64,000 bases of DNA from Armatimonadetes bacterium UBA1398 (lineage in GTDB: Bacteria > Armatimonadota > Zipacnadia > UBA1398). The notes under the pieces were generated by a model that searched no databases, had not been told where the DNA came from, and saw only the letters and a list, made by a program, of their open reading frames with translations. Numbering within the stretch: position 1 is the stretch's first letter; each line of letters opens with the position of its first letter. Positions 45,645-53,483 of this stretch are shown piece after piece. The translations under genes and the position numbers were made by a program. Location: contig DBQI01000025.1 of assembly GCA_002305165.1 (NCBI GenBank), positions 79,590 through 143,589 of the forward strand, read 5' to 3'.

Positions 45645-45888
45645 TGTCACCCCTTCTACTCCCCTGCCGCCTGGAGGGGCGGCCCTGGTGCGGACGTTTT
45701 CACCCGAGACGTCCGAGTACCCTGCGCGTTGCGCCTCCGACAGAGGGCAGCCGGAGCGGGCCTCAGCCTCCAGAGGCGTCGACACTCGGCTCCCGCCGCG
45801 TCCGGTCTCCTGCTTGGAGGGGAGGACCCGTGCCTGCAGCGCGTGGAGCGCGACGCTCTGCTGGTCGACGCCATGCCCGGCCTCGCGG

Positions 45889-46311
45889 TCACGGATAGCG
45901 GTAGTTGACGGTATACAGCTCGGGACTATCGCCGTAGGGGTGGATCACCTGCCCGTCGCGCTCCAGCCAGGCATGGGCGAGGATTCCCTTCTTCGGATCG
46001 AGCCGTACGCCTACGACGAGCTCCGACGGGCAGCCCGCCTGGCGCAGCAGCCGGTAGAGCACCAGGGACCGCATGAGGCAGCGCCGTCGTCTGATCGCGA
46101 GGAGGCCCAGGTCCGTGGCCGCCGCCAGCTCCTCAGGATCCCACCGCCTGCGCCCGAGGGGTCGGGTCCACCGCTCCATGAAGGCGGCGAAGTTCATGCG
46201 CCTGATGACCAGTCGTGCATGGGTGGCGCATCCCAGAACTCGTAGTAGCAGCGCGAGCTTGCGGGGTGAGAGGAGCCAACGGGAGTACTTGAGAGCGCGG
46301 CGGAGGGCCAT
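45889..46311 (-). CDS. Lasso-peptide B2-type transglutaminase-like cysteine protease homolog
   Basis: RRCLMRSLVLYRLLRQAGCPSELVVGVRLDPKKGILAHAWLERDGQVI matches the McjB/B2 pattern (catalytic Cys...AHAW...D). ATG at 46309-46311 (MALRRALKY) overlaps the upstream stop as ATGA. Confidence 0.8.
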   Translation of the reverse strand: MALRRALKYSRWLLSPRKLALLLRVLGCATHARLVIRRMNFAAFMERWTRPLGRRRWDPEELAAATDLGLLAIRRRRCLMRSLVLYRLLRQAGCPSELVVGVRLDPKKGILAHAWLERDGQVIHPYGDSPELYTVNYRYP

Positions 46312-47288
46312 CAAGAGGCGAGGTGGGCCTCCAGGAGGTCCGGAAGCCCCCCGGCGAGGACGTCCTGGCCGGCATGGAGATCCAGGCACTCACACTGGAG
46401 GACGAGCTGCTGGAGGATCGCCAGGTGTTCTTCAGCCTGCCGTCCCGCCGCGAGAACCATGGGACTGTGTTTGACCATGCGCCGAAGGGCCTCGCCGCGT
46501 GTCACTGGGCTCAGCGTGGAGGTGGGGTTCGGCGCTATCTGGGTGAAGATGATGTGGTTGGGATGGACGGGCGTGGAGTCATCGGCGGCGCTCAGAAAAG
46601 ATGGATCCATGGCGTAACGTCCGTCGAGTCGGACGTGCCCCACCCGGTCGTCGAGACCGAAGGCGGCGCGGGTGACCTCGCCAACGTTGAAGTCCTCGCG
46701 CCAGCCTTGCCCCCCGATCCCGCGATCGGTCACCCGAAGGTACAGCAGGTCATCGGTGACATATCCCCAGTTGCCCAGAGCCATGGCGATGGTTGCGGTG
46801 CTCTTCCCGTGGCGCTGGCCGCCGCAGAAGAGGAGGCAATCGTCCCCCTTCGCGACGCAGCCGGCATGGAGTTGGTAGAGGCCCAGCTGCCGGAAGAGCT
46901 CGATGATCGCCACGATGAGGGTCCGATGGTAGCCTTCGGGGGTGTCGCGCATCGTCTCATCGACCCATGCCCTGGCCTCAGTGGATCCCTCGGGGAGCTG
47001 GATGACCGCGCCGTCATCCACCAGCCAGAGGTTTCCGTCGAGGGAGTAGCCCTCGGTGCCGAAGTGCAGGAAACGCTGCTCGGCGTCGCGCCGGACCGAC
47101 TCGAAGAGCTCGGGCTCCTCCGGGTGGGAGGTGACCAGGATGCTCGCCGTGGGGCCGGAGAAACCGACAGGGCGCGCAAGCATGGGCCCCAGCACGGGCT
47201 GAAGCCCGTCTACCAGCCATGATTGGTCTGCCCGGAGATCCAGGCCCACATCGTGGAAGCGGTACCGTGCCGAATAGGGCGCGTTCAT
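46311..47288 (-). CDS. HPr-kinase-related P-loop protein (HprK-related kinase of RiPP-like neighbourhoods)
   Basis: LHAGCVAKGDDCLLFCGGQRHGKSTATIAMAL is an HPr-kinase-like P-loop (G-x-x-G-x-GKS/T), followed by YVTDDLLYL. Flanked by and translationally coupled to PqqD and B2 homologs. Confidence 0.7.
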   Translation of the reverse strand: MNAPYSARYRFHDVGLDLRADQSWLVDGLQPVLGPMLARPVGFSGPTASILVTSHPEEPELFESVRRDAEQRFLHFGTEGYSLDGNLWLVDDGAVIQLPEGSTEARAWVDETMRDTPEGYHRTLIVAIIELFRQLGLYQLHAGCVAKGDDCLLFCGGQRHGKSTATIAMALGNWGYVTDDLLYLRVTDRGIGGQGWREDFNVGEVTRAAFGLDDRVGHVRLDGRYAMDPSFLSAADDSTPVHPNHIIFTQIAPNPTSTLSPVTRGEALRRMVKHSPMVLAAGRQAEEHLAILQQLVLQCECLDLHAGQDVLAGGLPDLLEAHLAS

Positions 47289-47599
47289 CAGTCCTCTGTC
47301 GGCTCAGGCTCGGGCGTGGATGGCGTCACGAGGCCCTCGGCTAACAGCTCCTCACATAGGCTGATGACGGCTTCGCGCGCGTCATCGCCCTCGACATCGT
47401 ACTCGGCGGACAGATTGGCCGCGATGTCCCCCACACTGGCGCCCACCTGCATCATCTGCCAGACGCGCAGGCCCGTCTCGTTGAGACCGTAGTACTTACG
47501 CGTGCCCAGATGCAGGAGAACCGCCTCGTCCTCCATCGCCGTGAATACCACATCGGCGGCCCCGCTCAGACGGGTCGTTTCCGTCACAGATGCTCCCAT
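47288..47599 (-). CDS. PqqD-family protein (RiPP recognition element / lasso B1-like peptide chaperone)
   Basis: 103 aa. VVFTAMEDEAVLLHLGTRKYYGLNETGLRVWQMMQVGASVGDIAANLSAEYDV...AREAVISLCEELLAEGLV is the canonical PqqD pattern. RBS AAGGGG. The stop overlaps the next start (ATGA at 47286-47290). Confidence 0.8.
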   Translation of the reverse strand: MGASVTETTRLSGAADVVFTAMEDEAVLLHLGTRKYYGLNETGLRVWQMMQVGASVGDIAANLSAEYDVEGDDAREAVISLCEELLAEGLVTPSTPEPEPTED

Positions 47600-47690
47600 G
47601 CCCTTGGCCCCTTAGTGATGGCAGCCCAGACACCCTCGCTGCCATCGCGCTTATCCCTTACGACGCTATCCGACGCTTCGGACCCGTCAC

Positions 47691-48881
47691 TCACTCTAGC
47701 CACCGCAGTCCATCGGATGGCTTCGAGACGACGGAGAAGCACGCGCCCGCGTACTTCGGCACCGCCCGCTGGTACTCGGCTACCGCCCACGCACCCGCCT
47801 CCTCCGCTCCGGCTGGGTCGCAGATGCCGGCTGCGAACCCCCCAAAACCACCGCCACAGAACCTCGCCCCATAGACGCCTGGGGCGTGGTTCAGTATCCG
47901 TCCCAGGATCTGCTGCTCTTCGTTGCCCGTCTCGTAGTTGCCGATACTGCTCTCCAGAGACTGGCGGGCGCACTCTCCGAAGGCCTGGAGGTCCCTCGCG
48001 CGCCAAGCAGTAATGGCTCTCTCTACTCTTTCGGTCTCCGTCAGGAAATGCCTTGCTCTCCCGCGGTAGGGATGGGGCAGTTTCTCGAGTTCAGCCGCCA
48101 GTAGGTCCCGGGGTAGGTCGCCGAGGGCATGGATCTCCTCCCGCGGGGCGAAGCCCGTTCGCTCGGCGAGAAGCTTGGCGGCCTCACGACACTCATCGGT
48201 GCGGCTGTTGAAGCCGGTTGCCGCCAGTCGGCGGGGGATGCCCGAGTAGACGGCCACGATCGCCACATCGGGCCCGGGCTCCACGGTGACCTCGTTCGTC
48301 GCGCAGTCGAGGGTGACCATGTGTCCGGCCTTGGCGTTGACGATGATCGTTGGGTCAAGCAGCCCACAGTTGACGCCCACGTACTCGTTCTCCACGCGCA
48401 TCGCCGCCTCGGCGAGGGCGGGACGCTCCCACACCCTGCCGTTCACGTCGGCCAGGGCGCTGAGGAGGGCGAGGGAGAAGGCCGCGGACGAGCTCAGGCC
48501 CCCCGACGGGAGGCTCCCGGCCTCCACGCCATCGAAGCCCCGCTGCCGGTGCCCGAAGATCCGGGCCGCTCCTAGGAGGAAGAGCGACCAGTCGTGGCTG
48601 TCGCCCGCTCGCGAGACCGCGTCATCGGGGTGGAGGTGGGCGATGCTCGCATCGGTGGCGTCCCGGAGCCGCATGTTGGGCTCGGCCGTCGGCTTGTAGC
48701 CGAGGACGATGCCATGGTCGAGGGCGAAGCCGGTGACTTTGCCCCCCTGATGGTCGACGTGGGCGCCCACGAGGCAGGCACGGTAGGGCGAGAGCAGAAC
48801 GCGCCCCAGTCGCCGGTAGTGGGCTACGATGTTGCGCTGCTCGGGCGCATAGACGAAGCTGTCTTGGGTTGCTGTTGTCAT
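47691..48881 (-). CDS. GHMP-family sugar kinase (galactokinase-like)
   Basis: SPYRACLVGAHVDHQGGKV (compare the GalK signature PGRVNLIGEHTDY..G) and GHMP motif GSLPSGGLSSSAAFSLALLSAL. ATG at 48879-48881 follows AGGAA. The ORF track GTG start is 48914. Confidence 0.8.
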   Translation of the reverse strand: MTTATQDSFVYAPEQRNIVAHYRRLGRVLLSPYRACLVGAHVDHQGGKVTGFALDHGIVLGYKPTAEPNMRLRDATDASIAHLHPDDAVSRAGDSHDWSLFLLGAARIFGHRQRGFDGVEAGSLPSGGLSSSAAFSLALLSALADVNGRVWERPALAEAAMRVENEYVGVNCGLLDPTIIVNAKAGHMVTLDCATNEVTVEPGPDVAIVAVYSGIPRRLAATGFNSRTDECREAAKLLAERTGFAPREEIHALGDLPRDLLAAELEKLPHPYRGRARHFLTETERVERAITAWRARDLQAFGECARQSLESSIGNYETGNEEQQILGRILNHAPGVYGARFCGGGFGGFAAGICDPAGAEEAGAWAVAEYQRAVPKYAGACFSVVSKPSDGLRWLE

Positions 48882-49138
48882 GGTGGATATCAGTTCCTGT
48901 GGGGTAGTTCGCACTATCGGGCCAAAGGCCTCTCACGGACGGCGCCGTTCTGCGGACTCCCCGATCATACCCGAGTGATGCGCAGCAGGGTCTTCAGAAT
49001 CACTGCGAGGTCACTCAGCACCGTCGCGCGCGCCGTAGCGGGCGGAAGCACTGCCGTCCGCTCTACGCGGCGAGGGGACTGGGGTGGCAGGGACACGTGC
49101 CGCGGTCGCGGAACCATCGCCCACTCAAGGAGGCACCG

Positions 49139-50032
49139 ATGCAGACCGCGACCCTCACCGCCGCTCTTCCGTTCGTCGTCCTCGGCTCCGCATGGGCTCA
49201 GGGAAGCCCCGTTGCCGAGGGGGCCGTGCCCGAGGTGGCCGCCTCGGGATTCGCCTTCACCGAGGGGCCGGCGTGCGACGCCGATGGCGCTGTCGCCTTC
49301 ACCGATCAGCCCAACGACCGGATCCTGCGCTGGACGGCGGAGGATGGCGTCACGGTGCTGCTCGAACCCTCGGGCCGAAGCAATGGCCTGTGCTACGACG
49401 ACGAGGGGAACCTTTGGGCCTGCGCCGACGAGCGTAACGAGATATGGATCATCCGGCCCGACGGCTCCCACAGCGTCGTCATCAGCGGCTATGGCGGGAA
49501 GTTGCTCAACGGTCCGAACGATGTCTGGCTCGCGCCCGAGGGCGGCACTTACTTCACCGACCCCTACTATGAGCGCGACTACTGGGACCGAGGTCCTATG
49601 GAGCAGGAGACCCAGGGCGTCTATTGGCTCCCGCCGGGCGAGAGGGAGCCCGTGCTCGCTGATGGGGACTTGGTGCAGTCCAACGGCATCATCGGCGCCC
49701 CTGACGGGCGGACGCTCTACGTCGCGGACATCGGCGCGGGCCGGACCTATGCGTACGACATCGGCGTGGACGGCGCCCTGGTGAACAAGCGGCTGTTCTG
49801 CGAGATGGGCTCCGACGGGATGACCGTCGACGATGAGGGCAACGTCTACCTGACGGGCAAGGGGGTCACTGCATTCAACCGCGATGGGGAACAGGTCGCG
49901 CACATAGCGATCCCCGAGCCGTGGACCGCGAACGTCTGCTTCGGCGGCCCCGATCGACGGACGCTGTTCATCACAGCGGGCGAGCGGGTGTATACCCTCG
50001 CGATGCGGACCCGAGGGGTTGGGAGCCAGTGA
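49139..50032 (+). CDS. Secreted SMP-30/gluconolactonase/LRE-family beta-propeller
   Basis: Signal peptide MQTATLTAALPFVVLGSAWA (ATG 49139 after AGGAGG). FTEGPACD, NGLCYDDEGNLWAC, NGPNDVWLAPEGGTYFTDP, SNGIIGAPDGRTLYVAD, DGMTVDDEGNVYL. Confidence 0.85.
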   Translation: MQTATLTAALPFVVLGSAWAQGSPVAEGAVPEVAASGFAFTEGPACDADGAVAFTDQPNDRILRWTAEDGVTVLLEPSGRSNGLCYDDEGNLWACADERNEIWIIRPDGSHSVVISGYGGKLLNGPNDVWLAPEGGTYFTDPYYERDYWDRGPMEQETQGVYWLPPGEREPVLADGDLVQSNGIIGAPDGRTLYVADIGAGRTYAYDIGVDGALVNKRLFCEMGSDGMTVDDEGNVYLTGKGVTAFNRDGEQVAHIAIPEPWTANVCFGGPDRRTLFITAGERVYTLAMRTRGVGSQ

Positions 50033-50182
50033 GGGCTGGGGTGGGTGGTGGGTGGCTGGCAGGCATACGAGCGAGAAATGAGGCGCGAAGGGAGCGGGGC
50101 GACGGGAGGGGTGTGCGGGATGGTAGTATCATGCCAAGTGCGGGGGTGCGATCCCTCGCCGTCCGAGGGAGGATGACTGGAC

Positions 50183-50434
50183 ATGGCGAGGCTCACCATG
50201 GAGCTGCCTCCAGAGGTCTTCTCGGCCATCAGGCGTGGCCCCGAGGAGTTCCTCCGCGAGATGCGCTTGGCGGCAGCCGTGAAGTGGTACGAGTTGGGCG
50301 AGATCTCCCAGGAGAAGGCGGCGGCGGTCGCTGGCTTGAGGCGGGCGGAGTTCATCGACGCTCTGGGCCGCTACCGTGTCTCACCTTTCCAGTACACCGG
50401 GGAGGATATCGCGCGGGAATTGGGCGATGGGTGA
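50183..50434 (+). CDS. UPF0175-family antitoxin
   Basis: 83 aa. LREMRLAAAVKWYELGEISQEKAAAVAGLRRAEFIDALGRYRVSPFQYT is the UPF0175 pattern. RBS GGAGG. Overlaps the downstream PIN gene by 8 nt. Confidence 0.75.
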   Translation: MARLTMELPPEVFSAIRRGPEEFLREMRLAAAVKWYELGEISQEKAAAVAGLRRAEFIDALGRYRVSPFQYTGEDIARELGDG

Positions 50435-50909
50435 GCACTGGATCGTCAACGCATCGCCTCTGATCGTGCTCGCTAAGGTAGGCATGGCCGAGTTCCTGAT
50501 CGCTATGCCCGACTCATTGGTGACGTCGCAGGTTGTCGCCGATGAGATCCTGCGTGGGCCTGCCGAGGACCCCGCTGCACGGTTGGTGGCCTCGGGAGCG
50601 ATAGCCATAGTGGATGCCCCGCCGCCACCCGCGTTCCTCGTAGGCTGGGATCTCGGACCCGGAGAAACTTCCGTGCTCGCCCTGGCCTCCATGGAGCCCA
50701 GCCGCATCGCTGTGGTCGACGATGCGGCCGCCCGTCGGTGCGCGAACTCCCTCGGCGTCCCCACACGAGGCACCCTCAGTGTGTTGGTTCAGGCGAAGCG
50801 CTCCGGTCTGCTGGCGGAGATTGCTCCTGTACTCTCGCGGGTTCGGGCAGCCGGCCTGTATCTGTCCGATCGGCTCGTCAAAGAAGTGCTCGAACAGGCG
50901 CGGGAGTAG
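50427..50909 (+). CDS. DUF3368-type PIN-domain toxin (predicted RNase)
   Basis: MGEHWIVNASPLIVLAKVG...GPGETSVLALA...VVDDAAARRCANSLGVPTRGTLSVLVQAKRSGL is the typical partner of UPF0175 antitoxins. ATG at 50427. Confidence 0.75.
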   Translation: MGEHWIVNASPLIVLAKVGMAEFLIAMPDSLVTSQVVADEILRGPAEDPAARLVASGAIAIVDAPPPPAFLVGWDLGPGETSVLALASMEPSRIAVVDDAAARRCANSLGVPTRGTLSVLVQAKRSGLLAEIAPVLSRVRAAGLYLSDRLVKEVLEQARE

Positions 50910-50911
50910 GG

Positions 50912-51520
50912 CGCTGGCGAACAGCGGGCCGGACAGGCGGGACGCCTGGTGTGCTGGCCCAGGCGCACGAGGTATCCTTCGCCCGCATCTCGGGCACCTC
51001 TTTCCTTGCGCCGGCTGGAGGTTCGCCCACATCTGCTCCACGGGGTTGAGCCCGGGCGCGTAGGGCGGCAGGGACTCGACCCGGAGCCAATGTGTATGGT
51101 CGGTGATGTACGCACACACCAGCTTGCTGCGATGGGCGGCGAGGCGATCCCAGATCACCGACACCCGCTTCCAGTTCATGTGATCGGTGATGACGGGGGT
51201 GCATCCTCGAGGCGCCCAGGTGGAGCGGACCGACGGCTTCTGGGAGAACCCACTCTCGTCCACGAACACCACGGTCCCGCCGCGTCTCAGAGCCCCCCTT
51301 TTGTCCGAGGCTAATCCTCGCGAACCCATTGGCCGACGACACGCTGACCCAAAGTCGGCCAGCGACCTCGGTCGGATCAAGGCCCTCCTCGAATAGCGCC
51401 CCCGCCCGAAGACGCTGCTTCTCCAACTCCGACTGGCTCGATGGCTCCCGTGCCTCTGCTTGTCCCATGAACACTATTGCGAACCAGATCACCATTTCCC
51501 CTTTTTGCTCGCCATCTCAT
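50912..51520 (-). mobile_element. Decayed IS630-family transposase remnant (frameshifted, internally deleted); boundaries approximate
   Basis: The HTH part lies in one frame from ATG 51468 (MGQAEAREPSSQSELEKQRLRAGALFEEGLDPTEVAGRL). The DDE part lies in another frame (VVFVDESGFSQKPSVRSTWAPRGCTPV...NWKRVSVIWDRLAAHRSK...LPPYAPGLNPVEQMW), with the usual ~60 aa between NWKR and WDRL missing. The total is only ~180 codons versus ~340 for an intact IS630 transposase. AT-rich right end. Confidence 0.65.
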
Positions 51521-51540
51521 TTGAGAAGGACTCATTAGGG

Positions 51541-53136
51541 CTACGGCGCCACTACCAGCACTCGCTTCCCGCCCCGCCGCACGATGCGCACCGCCGAGAA
51601 GTCGGTCTCGTCGAGGGCCCAAGGGATGAGTAGCTGAGGGGACCCATCCCTCGCGCGGACGATGCTGCCCTCGAGTCGCCACCAGATCTCGCGGCCGTCG
51701 GTGGTTCGCCCGATCGGTTCGGTGTCACCCTCGCCTATCTCCGTTTCGTGCTCGCTGATCCACTCCACGTCGCCTGGCTTCCGGATGCGCATGACGGTGG
51801 TGTCCGGCTCCAGGAGTTCCTGAGGGGAGCGCGCGAGCATCTCGTCGAACTCTCTCTGGCTAAGCTCGGTGTACGCCAACTCGCCTCGTCCACGCCCTTT
51901 GTGCATCCACATCCCCAGGTACTCTTGCGGGGCGTCGGGCACGTACGACGGGCCGCCGCCATCCATCGCGCACTCGCGCATGGGAACCTCCAACAGGGGC
52001 CCTACGCGGATCTCAAGCACGTTGCGCGGATCGCTGTCGGCGTAGACCTGGATCGACTGCTCTACCGTCTGTCGGTCGGGTGCGTAGACGGTGACCGTCG
52101 CCCGCCCTGCCTGGGCCTCCCGGGTGATCCAGAGCCCGCCATCCGTCGCGTGGCGGTCCGTTGTATACCCGCATACATTCACGCTAGCCTCCGAGAGGTC
52201 GAAGCCCGGATCATCCTTAGGAGGCAGCAGGCGAACCCGGACGGTCGACAGCCGTTCTGGGCAGAAGGGCAGGAAGGCCAGGATCCGCACCGTGCCTACG
52301 GCTCCAGAGGGCAGCTCCAGGGCTTGCTGGACGAGGCTTACCACCCGCACGCAGTCACTCAGCCGGTCGTCGGGAAGCGGGGCGATACCGCCCCTGTTTT
52401 GGACAATGGCTGCCATGGGGAGGAGCGCCACCACCTCGTCCCACGAGACGGCATCCATCGTTCCCGCCAGGGTTCTCAGCTCCGAACTCCTGCGGGTCTC
52501 CTGAAGCGTTCCATCCGGCATCAGAACCCTATCGCCTACCCATGCGTAGGTGACGCACTCACGGAATGGCCCGGCGGGGCCGCTGTCTGCGCTCTGGTCG
52601 AGGAGCAGGGCGTCTGACTCCGTCGTCGCGGTCGCGGCGGGGTCTACGGCGGGCGCCGACTCCGTCGTACTCAGGGCACCGTTGAGCGCGGGAAGGTCGT
52701 AGAGCGCGCGGTACAGCTCGGGGTCCTCGATGACCGGCGGGGCTGGCGGCTCCTGGGGTAGCCGGATCTCGAGCGCGTACGGTACGGATATCCCCCGGTC
52801 GGGATCCGAGGGCAGCACCACGAAGCCCGGAGGCGACTCGGCCCGCGAGTCGATCACGCTCACGAGAGTGCTCCCGCTGGGCAGCGCGAGCACATCCACC
52901 CAGGCTGGGTACAGTGGGTGCCCGTCCGTTCGCACAACGCGAACCTGGGTGACCCGCCCCCCGAGTTCGATGTGGATCGTCCCATCGTGCTGGGTCATCC
53001 CACGGGCGCGCATAAGCCCCACCGCGCCTGGGACGCTTGTCACGGTTGGCGGAAGGGGCACGGGCGGAGGAGGCGCGGGCTTCGAGCATCCGAGGCCGAG
53101 CATGCAGAGAAGGAGTAGCGGCGCATACCGGATCAT
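51541..53136 (-). CDS. Hypothetical lipoprotein (531 aa)
   Basis: MIRYAPLLLLCMLGLGCSKPAPPPP is a lipobox (LGLGC). Long ORF, no recognisable family. Confidence 0.6.
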   Translation of the reverse strand: MIRYAPLLLLCMLGLGCSKPAPPPPVPLPPTVTSVPGAVGLMRARGMTQHDGTIHIELGGRVTQVRVVRTDGHPLYPAWVDVLALPSGSTLVSVIDSRAESPPGFVVLPSDPDRGISVPYALEIRLPQEPPAPPVIEDPELYRALYDLPALNGALSTTESAPAVDPAATATTESDALLLDQSADSGPAGPFRECVTYAWVGDRVLMPDGTLQETRRSSELRTLAGTMDAVSWDEVVALLPMAAIVQNRGGIAPLPDDRLSDCVRVVSLVQQALELPSGAVGTVRILAFLPFCPERLSTVRVRLLPPKDDPGFDLSEASVNVCGYTTDRHATDGGLWITREAQAGRATVTVYAPDRQTVEQSIQVYADSDPRNVLEIRVGPLLEVPMRECAMDGGGPSYVPDAPQEYLGMWMHKGRGRGELAYTELSQREFDEMLARSPQELLEPDTTVMRIRKPGDVEWISEHETEIGEGDTEPIGRTTDGREIWWRLEGSIVRARDGSPQLLIPWALDETDFSAVRIVRRGGKRVLVVAP

Positions 53137-53483
53137 GAGAGTCTCCCTTCGGGCAGCTTCCGCACGTCAGGGCGCTCCAGACCATGGCGTTCCGGCAGAA
53201 CCCCTCGACGGTGTATCCGTCCTGGATCACCGCGCGCATCTCCGCTGTGAGGGTGCCCGCGGAGGCTATGACGGCGGGGGTGGCGGCACCCGAAGCCTCT
53301 CCCAGAGCACGCACTGGGCCAGCGAGTAGGCCACGCGGGCGCAGGCGAGCACATGCACGGGGCGATGGTGCTCGATCTGCCAGAGGAGTTGGGGAAGGCC
53401 CGCCGGAGGGAGGCTTCGTCGGACAGGAGGGCCTCGGGGAGGCGCGAGCCGGGGCGTGCGCCCTTCAGGGGGGGACGGGTGGC

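Noticed and set aside
45645-45888. The 245-nt spacer between the B2 protease gene and recC, examined for a precursor peptide or small gene (a 72-aa Arg-rich ORF, and the in-frame N-terminal extension of recC from GTG 45785).
   Set aside because: The 72-aa ORF is Arg/Ser/Pro-rich off-frame noise. The recC extension has no counterpart in RecC N-termini, whereas the ATG at 45644 aligns with the E. coli RecC start and has an upstream AAGGGG. No peptide candidate with an RBS was found.
47496-47645. A 49-codon ORF (MAARVSGLPSLRGQGHGSICDGNDPSERGRRCGIHGDGGRGGSPASGHA) with an AAGGGA RBS-like motif. It starts in the GHMP-kinase/PqqD gap and overlaps the pqqD start. I considered it as the missing RiPP precursor.
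   Set aside because: It overlaps about 100 nt of pqqD out of frame. Its third-codon G+C by hand count is only about 26/49, far below real genes here. It is Gly/Arg-rich like typical off-frame translations, and it has no lasso-like leader or core features. It is worth a glance in proteomics data but is not supportable as a feature.
50912-51520. Terminal inverted repeats of the IS630 relic (GCTGGCGAACAGCGGGCC near 50917 versus the reverse complement GATGGCGAGCAAAAAGGGG near 51500).
   Set aside because: The match is only about 12 of 17 positions with an indel, there are no flanking TA duplications that I can verify, and the left end appears truncated. The boundaries are left approximate instead.
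53137-53483. A 347-nt gap downstream of the aminotransferase, with protein-like snippets in two minus-strand frames (WQIEHHRPVHVLACARVAYSLAQCVLWERL; AVIASAGTLTAEMRAVIQDGYTVEGFCRNAMVWSAL). It may be a decayed gene.
   Set aside because: I cannot assign either snippet to a family. Both are short, in different frames, and lack start or stop context. A TBLASTX search would be needed before calling a pseudogene.
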